Assembly: GCA_963817915.1 (NCBI GenBank)
Contig: CAWFQL010000017.1
Span: 224,001-288,000, forward strand
Direction of reading: 5' to 3'
DNA length: 64,000 bases
From: an uncultured candidate division Zixibacteria bacterium
GTDB taxonomy: Bacteria > Zixibacteria > MSB-5A5 > UBA10806
The first letter of the stretch is position 1, and every line of letters begins with the position of its first letter. Below, piece by piece: positions 22,238 through 30,091 of this stretch. Under the pieces are notes generated by a model that saw only the letters and a program-made list of their open reading frames with translations, searched no databases and had not been told where the DNA came from. The translations under genes and the position numbers were made by a program.

Positions 22238-22822
22238 ATGAAAAATAAAATCTTTATTGCCGCAATTGCAATTATGCTCGCAGCGCTTTCTTGCGCTGGT
22301 CCATCGACCTTTATCAATCAAGATACCGACTGGACATTCTACAAACGGATCGGGGTGCTTCCACTCTCGAATCTTTCGCAAGACCGATTTGCGGGCGAAA
22401 AATTCCAATCCGCGCTGATAACAGAGCTTTTCCTGACTCGAAGATTCGACGTTGTCGAGCCCGGTGAATTCAATAGCAAAGTCGCAGAAGCTCTCAAGGC
22501 CGCCAACGTGCAGCCAGGGCAGGAATTATCACTCGATCTTATCAAAGCGATCGGCCAAAAAGCCGAGGTGCAGGCAGTGATTGAAGGTGTAATCAGAGAA
22601 TATACTACTGTGCGCGTGGGGCAGTCCGAATATCCATTGATAAGCGTTAATATTCGCATGATCGATGTTCCGACCGGCACCGTGATCTGGATGACATCGT
22701 ATACCAAAAAAGGCGGTCCCAAACTGCCAATCATATCATTGGGTGAGACTCATACTCTTGGGGAATTAACTCAAAAGACCTGCCATGATATCATCGAAGA
22801 TTTTATCGTAAAAGCATTTTAG
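22238..22822 (+). CDS. CsgG/LpoB/GNA1162-like lipoprotein
   Basis: GGAGG RBS, lipobox ALSC; RIGVLPLSN...AVIEGVIREY...IRMIDVPTGTVIW pattern. Confidence 0.7.
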   Translation: MKNKIFIAAIAIMLAALSCAGPSTFINQDTDWTFYKRIGVLPLSNLSQDRFAGEKFQSALITELFLTRRFDVVEPGEFNSKVAEALKAANVQPGQELSLDLIKAIGQKAEVQAVIEGVIREYTTVRVGQSEYPLISVNIRMIDVPTGTVIWMTSYTKKGGPKLPIISLGETHTLGELTQKTCHDIIEDFIVKAF

Positions 22823-22831
22823 GGGGCCGAA

Positions 22832-23404
22832 ATGAAAAAAAGTATATTTTCCATACTCATATTTTCGGCGATATTATTCAGCTGCGGCTCCAAACCCGAT
22901 ATATATGTTCAATCGAACGGTAATATCCAATTATCGAAAACAATGGTGGTTTTGCCTTTCGCTAATTTTTCAGGAAAAGAGGATGCCGGTAAACAGGTAT
23001 ATAATGCCTTCCTGTTAGAGCTCCTAAAAAAACGACAATACAATATAGTGGAGCCTGGAGAAATTGATAATATTTTAAGAGAAGAGAGAATAAGAATTAC
23101 CGATCGTATCGACAATGCCTCGCTGGAAATTCTCAAGAATCGCCTGAACGCCAATTACGTCTTGATTGGCGCGGTCAATGAATATGATTATGTTCAAAAT
23201 GCCGCCCGCCCGATTCCATATGTGGCATTTACGATCCGTATTTTGGATGTCTCCAATGGTCGCATAGTGTGGGCTGCCGATCAAAGCCGCAGGGGAGATG
23301 ATGGCGAATTTTTGTTTGGCTGGGGGCTGGTTTCGTCGATATCAAAACTCACTACCAAAAGTGTCAAACAGGTTATTTCAAAGATTAAATTGGATTCTAA
23401 GTAA
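22832..23404 (+). CDS. CsgG/LpoB/GNA1162-like lipoprotein (paralog of the preceding gene)
   Basis: Lipobox LFSC; VVLPFANFS...YVLIGAVNEY...IRILDVSNGRIVW. Confidence 0.7.
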   Translation: MKKSIFSILIFSAILFSCGSKPDIYVQSNGNIQLSKTMVVLPFANFSGKEDAGKQVYNAFLLELLKKRQYNIVEPGEIDNILREERIRITDRIDNASLEILKNRLNANYVLIGAVNEYDYVQNAARPIPYVAFTIRILDVSNGRIVWAADQSRRGDDGEFLFGWGLVSSISKLTTKSVKQVISKIKLDSK

Positions 23405-23559
23405 CAGCAGAGTATTAAAATAGCCCAATAGGATAATACTGTCCATATTAATAAAAATATTGTCAACTAATTCAAAAAAATGCTTGACTTAATAATAAAA
23501 ACGACTATTTTTATGATAAATATCATAGATTGGATTTAGCAAATTTTTGCTACTCCAAT

Positions 23560-23577
23560 TTGTGAAAGACTTCACTA
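23560..23577. promoter_or_regulatory. Rex/CRP-type palindromic operator ahead of the NHL + OmcS-like unit
   Basis: TTGTGAAAGACTTCACTA, 1 mismatch to Rex consensus, 7 nt before the ATG. A TTGACT -35-like hexamer lies at 23484-23489. Confidence 0.65.
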
Positions 23578-23584
23578 AGTTGAG

Positions 23585-24553
23585 ATGAAAAACCAGGGGA
23601 AAAATTCAAGTTTAGCAGGGTTTATTTGTATTATGTTTACTCTTGGTTATTATCCTGTTGCGGCAGAAAACATTATTCAACCTGATATAAAATTGACCAC
23701 TATCGTAGCCAGTTATTCAGATCAGCAGCAATTTGGTCACCCCATAGGCATATTTTTTGATGCTATTAAGGATGAAATCTATCTGGCGGATAGCGAAAAT
23801 CATCAAGTGGGGATATTTGACATGAAGGGCACATCAATCTGGTCATTTAAACATTGGGTCGATGATAGCCGTTCGAATGAACGGGTTCTTGGCGATCCCC
23901 GCTCGATTGTCGTGAATTCTGCCGGCGATATTATTGTCAGTGATAACCGGGCTGATTATCTGGATATCATAGATTATCGCGGCGGCCAGCTCGAGAAAAT
24001 TGAACCTAAGGATTATGAAAATATCGATTCTTTCAGGGGCTCTTCTCTGGCCATCGATTCACTTGGAAATATCTATGTCGGAACTGTTGTGACAAAGCCG
24101 GAAATACTGAAGTTTGATAGAGATTATAAATTACTTTCTCGTTTCGGTGAAGTCGGAGACAGCCTTGGCGGCTTAAAAAATATTTCTGGCATTTGGGTGG
24201 CAGCCGACGGCAGGATATTTGTCTGTGATATTTTTTCAATTCCGGCTATCAAGATATTTTCTCCCGAAGGCAAATATCTTTCGGGCTTTGGAGATCACAT
24301 GGAACTTAAAACCGATTTCTCGTATCCCGCCGGTATTACGATAACACGCGGCGGCAGGGTATGGATTGTCGATTCTATCAGGCAGGTCGTAAAATGCCTT
24401 ACGGAAAATGGCGAATTCATCACCATGATTGGCGGATTCGGGAGTGAACCGGGTGATATGATTTATCCATCGTCGGTGGCGTCGGATGGCGACACCTTAT
24501 TGGTTGTCGCAGAGAAGAATGGGAATAGATACCAGCAATTTGTAATTAAATAG
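23585..24553 (+). CDS. Exported NHL-repeat beta-propeller protein
   Basis: Signal peptide; repeats FGHPIGIF..IYLADSENHQV, FSYPAGITI..VWIVDS, GDMIYPSSVA. Confidence 0.85.
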   Translation: MKNQGKNSSLAGFICIMFTLGYYPVAAENIIQPDIKLTTIVASYSDQQQFGHPIGIFFDAIKDEIYLADSENHQVGIFDMKGTSIWSFKHWVDDSRSNERVLGDPRSIVVNSAGDIIVSDNRADYLDIIDYRGGQLEKIEPKDYENIDSFRGSSLAIDSLGNIYVGTVVTKPEILKFDRDYKLLSRFGEVGDSLGGLKNISGIWVAADGRIFVCDIFSIPAIKIFSPEGKYLSGFGDHMELKTDFSYPAGITITRGGRVWIVDSIRQVVKCLTENGEFITMIGGFGSEPGDMIYPSSVASDGDTLLVVAEKNGNRYQQFVIK

Positions 24554-24667
24554 GTGAATAAAATGATTAAACTTAAACAATACCCAAAAGGAGGTAGCGA
24601 GAATTCAAAAGAGACTTTCATGAATGATTCGCATTTAATGAATTTTCTAACGAAAGAGGACTTAACA

Positions 24668-25717
24668 ATGAAACGTGTATTAGTTCTGATGTTGGGGGGA
24701 TTGCTGATTTTTTCATTGACGTCGTTCGCGGGCGAATATCATAGAGGATCAAGCTTGAGCTGCTATCAGTGTCATACCATGCATTTTAGCCAGAGCCACG
24801 CTTTTGGATATTCTCATGAAACATATCCTGGTTATTTGGGCGCAGCCGGCCCATATAACGGCTTGCTCAAGGGCCCGGTAAACGACTTGTGCCTTTCCTG
24901 CCATAACGGCGGCGACGTAATTGATGTTTATGGTGTTTCCGAAGTCAATCCGACAGTGAATAGAGAAGCCGGCGCCCTCAATAGACTCGGCGATGGCAAT
25001 GAAAATAATGGTCATACCCTCGACGCTCTTTCCGAAGCTCCTGGCAGCGTTCCTGCATGGTCAGATGCCAACGGTTTGAATTGCGCCGACTGCCACAACC
25101 CACATGGTTCAATCGGAAGAAATATCAATAACTATCCCGATTCAACCAAGGGTCAGTGGAGAAATCTTAAAACAAATCCGGGCAACGCCACATTGCGTTT
25201 CCTTAACTACGACAAGACAGGCGAAACGGTTTATCCGAATCCAGCCCGCGACATTCATTGGTCTGCAGCAAGTGTCCACGCGGCCGATGCGTATGAAACT
25301 GACGCGGTCAATTTCTTCGAACCGTCACAGACTGAATCCCGTTTTGGCGCATGGTGCCAGGGCTGCCATACCAATTTCCATGGCAATTCAACCGATCCTA
25401 ATATGGCCAATGGGGATGGCTGGCTTCGTCACCCAACCGCTGACGCCAATATTGGCGGTTCTCGTTTGACTCAGTTCGCAAATCACCTCTACAGACCGCA
25501 AGTCATGAGCTCGACAGGCGATTGGGGAACTCAGGGAACAGCATGGAGCAATCCTCCAGCGGATCTGACCCCGAGCTGCTTCACATGCCATAAGGGTCAC
25601 GGCAACGGCAACGCATTCGGTCTTATGTATATGACCGGTGATGCCGCGAGAAGTGAAAACGGCGACGGTACAAGAATTACCGCCACTTGCTCAGTTTGCC
25701 ATACACAGGGCAATTAA
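24668..25717 (+). CDS. Hexaheme OmcS-like nanowire-type cytochrome (paralog B)
   Basis: GAGGA RBS; signal MKRVLVLMLGGLLIFSLTSFA; GEYH..CYQCHTMH, CLSCH, GHTL, CADCHNPHG, WCQGCHTNFH..LRHP, CFTCHKGH, terminal CSVCH. Confidence 0.85.
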   Translation: MKRVLVLMLGGLLIFSLTSFAGEYHRGSSLSCYQCHTMHFSQSHAFGYSHETYPGYLGAAGPYNGLLKGPVNDLCLSCHNGGDVIDVYGVSEVNPTVNREAGALNRLGDGNENNGHTLDALSEAPGSVPAWSDANGLNCADCHNPHGSIGRNINNYPDSTKGQWRNLKTNPGNATLRFLNYDKTGETVYPNPARDIHWSAASVHAADAYETDAVNFFEPSQTESRFGAWCQGCHTNFHGNSTDPNMANGDGWLRHPTADANIGGSRLTQFANHLYRPQVMSSTGDWGTQGTAWSNPPADLTPSCFTCHKGHGNGNAFGLMYMTGDAARSENGDGTRITATCSVCHTQGN

Positions 25718-25728
25718 TTTGATTTTTC

Positions 25729-25760
25729 GGGAAGGAGTTAAATCTCCTTCCCCTTGTTTT
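25729..25760 (+). terminator. Hairpin/terminator 1 after the OmcS-like gene
   Basis: GGGAAGGAG-TTAAAT-CTCCTTCCC followed by a T-rich tail. Confidence 0.7.
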
Positions 25761-25825
25761 TGTGATGTGCTGATGTGATGTGGAATTTTTTAGATTCATT
25801 GAAGTGTGTTAATTGATGCATGATA

Positions 25826-25856
25826 AAGCCCCCATTAATTTGGGGGCTTATTTTTT
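25826..25856 (+). terminator. Intrinsic terminator 2 after the OmcS-like gene
   Basis: AAGCCCCCA-TTAATT-TGGGGGCTT followed by ATTTTTT. Confidence 0.75.
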
Positions 25857-26182
25857 GAGTATGTTGCTCGGTAATTCAAAATCTGAAATAAATATTAAAA
25901 AGAATTCTATAATAATCCTTTTCGCTGACTTAAAATTCAGCCCTCTTAATAAAATTAATTTACTGATAATTTAATAGACTAAATAAGGCATGTTTGGCAT
26001 TAAATGGGCAAATTGGCGACGCTTGTGAAAAAAAGAACTTGATTTAATGGTTTTAGTAACCGATATTTTTAGCAAGACGAATTATCCAGGTCTAAGCAAG
26101 AAAATGATTTGGCAGGATGGGTGAATGAAAAATGATGATGCGGGTGAAGCTAAGAGTTTGTGGATAGAAAGGGATGATTTGA

Positions 26183-27091
26183 ATGACATTAAATAGGCGT
26201 GATTTCTTTCGATTGGCCGCGGTTGGCTCAACGACTTTGATCGCTGGCAAGGCGATGGCCGAAGAAAAAGGAATCAATACGAATTACAGCGACGCCATGA
26301 GCGTACTGGTCGATACGACATTTTGTATCGGTTGTCGAAAATGCGAATTCGGGTGCAACCAAGCCAACAATTTACCATCGCAGCCCCTGAAAGCATTTGA
26401 TGACAAATCAGTTTTTAAGCAGCACCGAAGGCCCAGCGAATCGGCGTATACGGTCGTAAATTCAATCGACGCGCCTGAAGTGAGTCCTTCTCCTATCTAT
26501 TTAAAGGTTCAATGCATGCATTGCAATGACCCGGCGTGCGCATCGGCCTGTATTGTCGGCGCGTTGAAAAAGAATGAAAAAGGGCCTGTTGTCTACGATG
26601 CCTGGAAATGTATCGGGTGCCGCTATTGCATGGTGGCTTGTCCATTCCAGATACCGGGATATGAATACGCGAACGCGCTTACTCCTCAAGTCAGAAAATG
26701 CACATTTTGTCTTGAACGAGTTACGAAAGAGGGAAAGAAACCGGGATGTGTCGAAATCTGTCCAAACGAGGCTTTAACATTCGGCAATAGAAAAGATATT
26801 CTGGAATTGGCCCACAATAGGATAATGCAATCCCCTGGCCGCTATGTCAATCATGTCTATGGCGAGAAAGAAATCGGCGGTACAAGCTGGATGTATATAT
26901 CGGGAGTCGATTTCGAAAAAACGGAATTGCCACGACTCGAAAATGAAAATATACCGGATAAGACGGAAATTATCCAGCACGGCATATTCAAATCATTCGT
27001 GCCGCCCGTGGCATTGTATGGGCTTTTGGGATTGGTAATGTATTCGCTGAGGAAGAGGAACAGTGCGGGTGGAGGAGGCAGCCATGAGTAA
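26183..27091 (+). CDS. Tat-exported 4Fe-4S dicluster protein (NrfC/HybA/HmcB family)
   Basis: NRRDFF twin-arginine signal; CIGCRKCEFGC, CMHCNDPACASAC, CIGCRYCMVACP, KCTFC...CVEICP; C-terminal TM. Confidence 0.9.
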   Translation: MTLNRRDFFRLAAVGSTTLIAGKAMAEEKGINTNYSDAMSVLVDTTFCIGCRKCEFGCNQANNLPSQPLKAFDDKSVFKQHRRPSESAYTVVNSIDAPEVSPSPIYLKVQCMHCNDPACASACIVGALKKNEKGPVVYDAWKCIGCRYCMVACPFQIPGYEYANALTPQVRKCTFCLERVTKEGKKPGCVEICPNEALTFGNRKDILELAHNRIMQSPGRYVNHVYGEKEIGGTSWMYISGVDFEKTELPRLENENIPDKTEIIQHGIFKSFVPPVALYGLLGLVMYSLRKRNSAGGGGSHE

Positions 27092-28340
27092 TCATGAAAT
27101 AGCGATGCCAATGAAGGCAAAATTTATTACAAAAGGGACTTCCATTCTCATGGCCATTGCCGGGGCAGGAATAGCGGTATACTTATACCGTCTCCTATTC
27201 GGATTGAAATCTGTGACAAATTTAACGGATCAATATCCCTGGGGTATCTGGATTTCGATCGATGTCGCGACAGGAGTGGCTTTGGCCGCGGGCGGATTTA
27301 CATCCGCTGCCCTGGTTTACATCTTCCATAACAATAAATATCATGCCCTCGTGCGTCCCGCACTTCTGACCGCGATGCTGGGCTATACATTCGTCGTGAT
27401 TGGGCTCCTGGCGGATTTGGGCCGTTACTACAATGTCTGGCATCCTATGCTGCCATCGATGTGGCAGGGGAATTCTGTACTTTTTGAAGTCGGTATGTGT
27501 GTAATGATCTATCTGGCGGTGTTGTATATCGAATTTGTGCCGATTGCCGTCGAGCGATTCAAAGGGAAGGTCAATCTGCCGCCGCCGATTTCCGGATTCA
27601 ATAAGTTATTTGAGACATTGATCAATATCGCCGATATGACTCTTGGCAAATTCATTTTTATATTCATAATCGCCGGCGTAGTTTTGTCGTGCCTTCATCA
27701 ATCATCATTAGGCACGTTGATGCTCATTGCGCCGACCAAAATGCATCCATTGTGGTACACACCGGTTTCGCCATTGATGTTTCTGCTTTCGGCTATAGCG
27801 GTTGGGTTTCCGATGGTGATATTCGAATCGATACTGGCCTCGAGATCATTCAAACTAAAACCGGAAATGGACTTGCTTTCATCGATATCTCGATTCATTC
27901 CACCGTTATTGGGCTTATATCTCGCGGTCAAGGTTATCGATTTAACATTGCGCGGAGCATGGCCGCTTGTTTTTGAAGGTTCGGCCGAGTCAACCTTATT
28001 CATTATAGAAATTGTCGGAGGAGTGATTATCCCTTTGTTGATGCTGTCGTCCGATAAGATTAGGCATTCGATTGGTGGTCTCTTCAGCGCGGCTTTCCTG
28101 GTAGTATTGGGAGTAGCGTTAAATAGGATCAACGTTTTCCTGGTTTCTTATAAGCCTCTATACGCCGACAAGCCGTATTTCCCGACAATTTACGAAATAC
28201 TGCTAACGTCGGGATTGATCTGTTTGCTGGCGCTTGTTTATCGCGCCGTGGTGATGATTTTCCCGGTGATTTCCGCCCCTGTCGAAGGGCAGAGCAAGAC
28301 GTATCAGGTCAGGGAAAATCTTTCAATGAGAACGAAGTGA
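27084..28340 (+). CDS. NrfD/PsrC-family integral membrane quinol-interacting subunit (HybB/HmcC-like)
   Basis: TNLTDQYPWGIWI..DVATGVALAAGGF, DLGRYYN, SVLFEV, LHQSSLG motifs; multiple TM helices. Confidence 0.9.
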   Translation: MSNHEIAMPMKAKFITKGTSILMAIAGAGIAVYLYRLLFGLKSVTNLTDQYPWGIWISIDVATGVALAAGGFTSAALVYIFHNNKYHALVRPALLTAMLGYTFVVIGLLADLGRYYNVWHPMLPSMWQGNSVLFEVGMCVMIYLAVLYIEFVPIAVERFKGKVNLPPPISGFNKLFETLINIADMTLGKFIFIFIIAGVVLSCLHQSSLGTLMLIAPTKMHPLWYTPVSPLMFLLSAIAVGFPMVIFESILASRSFKLKPEMDLLSSISRFIPPLLGLYLAVKVIDLTLRGAWPLVFEGSAESTLFIIEIVGGVIIPLLMLSSDKIRHSIGGLFSAAFLVVLGVALNRINVFLVSYKPLYADKPYFPTIYEILLTSGLICLLALVYRAVVMIFPVISAPVEGQSKTYQVRENLSMRTK

Positions 28341-28351
28341 GGTGGGGGGAT

Positions 28352-29500
28352 ATGATGAATATAAATAAATTTTTGAATTTGTTCTTGGTTACCATTTTAT
28401 TTGTAATTATGTCAACTGCGGCTAATGCCAAACAGCAGGATAATGCGAAAGCCGATAGCCTCGATTGCAAGCAATGCCATTCTTGCCCGGATCCGAGCGC
28501 GGACAATGTCTGCCTGAAGGCATGCCCCAGCCTTTTTACCGCCAATAGCACGAGCGCGCATAAGCTGATTGAGGCGCCAGATTCTATGCTTTTGGATGCT
28601 CTTGTAGATCAATACGGACCGGTTCATTTCAATCATAGAATTCACGCCAGAATGTCGGAGATGTACCAGGGTTGTCCGACCTGCCATCACTTCAGCCCCG
28701 AGGGAAGGATACCGCCCTGCAATGAATGTCACGGAGGCAAGGCGAATCCAGCCAATCTTAGGCAGCCAAGCCTCAAGGGCGCTTATCATCGGCAATGTCT
28801 TACCTGCCACCGCGAATGGAGCCATGATACCAAATGTGTTATCTGCCATCTGCCGACAGATAAGAATATCCTGAAGTCCGCGACTATTGATACGACCGAT
28901 ATTATCGGCGCTAAGCATCCGCTGGTTACGGCGCCGACTCAAAAAACATACTATACTCCTTATAAAAAAGGGCCGATAGTGACATTCTTCCATAAAGAGC
29001 ATATTGATCTTTTTGGTTTACGATGTGTCGATTGCCATCAAAAGGAAAATTGCAGCTATTGCCATGACTTGGAAAAACCGACAACAGGCGCCAAGACGAT
29101 GGAGCAGGTGCATGCCATTTGCTCGGGATGTCATCAAAGCAATAAATGCGATAAATGCCATGACACCAAAGAGAAGCCCGAGTTTGTCCATGCTGTTACT
29201 GGATGGCCATTGAATAGATTCCACGCGTCATTGGATTGCCGCGCCTGCCATCCGACCGGCAAGAAGATCTCGAAGCTTAATTCGAATTGTACGTCGTGCC
29301 ACGGCGGCTGGAATCAAGAAACATTCCGCCACGCGGTCACAGGTCTGCAGCTTGATGAATCTCATTCCGGGCTTGATTGCGGCGATTGCCATGCGGAGAA
29401 AAAGTATTCAGCTAATGTCAATTGCTCGAATTGCCATGACGACGGCAGAAATGCCAAGAAGAATCCGCCCGGCAAATATGTAAAGCTTGTTGAGAAATAA
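28352..29500 (+). CDS. Cytochrome c3-type multiheme cytochrome (13 CxxCH)
   Basis: Signal peptide; c3 motifs PVHFNHRIH, LKGAYHRQCLTCH, VTFFHKEH; 13 CxxCH counted. Confidence 0.9.
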   Translation: MMNINKFLNLFLVTILFVIMSTAANAKQQDNAKADSLDCKQCHSCPDPSADNVCLKACPSLFTANSTSAHKLIEAPDSMLLDALVDQYGPVHFNHRIHARMSEMYQGCPTCHHFSPEGRIPPCNECHGGKANPANLRQPSLKGAYHRQCLTCHREWSHDTKCVICHLPTDKNILKSATIDTTDIIGAKHPLVTAPTQKTYYTPYKKGPIVTFFHKEHIDLFGLRCVDCHQKENCSYCHDLEKPTTGAKTMEQVHAICSGCHQSNKCDKCHDTKEKPEFVHAVTGWPLNRFHASLDCRACHPTGKKISKLNSNCTSCHGGWNQETFRHAVTGLQLDESHSGLDCGDCHAEKKYSANVNCSNCHDDGRNAKKNPPGKYVKLVEK

Positions 29501-29521
29501 AGGAAATTACATTTTTTGAAT

Positions 29522-29553
29522 AATGCGGTCGGATCAGGCGATCCGGCCGCATT
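29522..29553. terminator. Strong hairpin between convergent genes
   Basis: AATGCGGTCGGATC-AGGC-GATCCGGCCGCATT. Confidence 0.7.
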
Positions 29554-29887
29554 TAGTTTATATAGCGTATATTTTATTCTTTTGCTTTTTGATTATTATC
29601 GAAGTCTTTGCGAATATATGCAAGACGATGCGCGTTCGATTCCAATTCGGTCTTTGGAAGAGCTTTCGAGTTCTTCATTCATTAAGGCGTTAATAGTGTA
29701 TGATATTATGCTGCCAAGAATTATAGAAATATGATATGGAATTTATTACTTTCCATATTATCCTTATTATCATATCTTGATAATCCCTATTAATACGCCA
29801 AACAATAATATCGAAGCTTTTGATATTTTTTGGTAATTTTATCTCCTTTGGTTCCCTCTCTATAAGCTTCAATTTTCCTGGCCTTAG

Positions 29888-30049
29888 CTATCGGCTTCGT
29901 CCAAAAACCGGGTTCCGCCTGGATTTCATGGCGTCGCGCGGAACATGGTTGAAAGAATTACATTTTTCGCATTCAACTGCCTCATCGACTTCCAGGTTTT
30001 CGCCTGAAATAAGCGCGCCACATTTGGAACACCAGAATTTAACTGTCAT
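29888..30049 (-). CDS. Small zinc-ribbon protein, possibly the 5' part of a longer frameshifted or degraded gene
   Basis: Hand translation MTVKFWCSKCGALISGENLEVDEAVECEKCNSFNHVP..., two CxxC pairs; below the ORF-track length cutoff. Confidence 0.5.
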   Translation of the reverse strand: MTVKFWCSKCGALISGENLEVDEAVECEKCNSFNHVPRDAMKSRRNPVFGRSR

Positions 30050-30091
30050 ATCTTTCTATCTTTAATTATATCCTTCAATCAATAATCATCA

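Noticed and set aside
23405..24667. GEMM-I (cyclic dinucleotide) riboswitch, as found upstream of Geobacter omcS
   Set aside because: I could not see the characteristic GEMM stems in either leader. An Infernal/Rfam scan would be decisive.
26023..26040. Third Rex-like site (TTGTGAAAAAAAGAACTT) upstream of the NrfCD module
   Set aside because: Only the left half-site matches.
26183..28340. Hydrogenase-2 operon (hybAB)
   Set aside because: No NiFe large/small subunit or maturation genes; the partner is a c3-type cytochrome.
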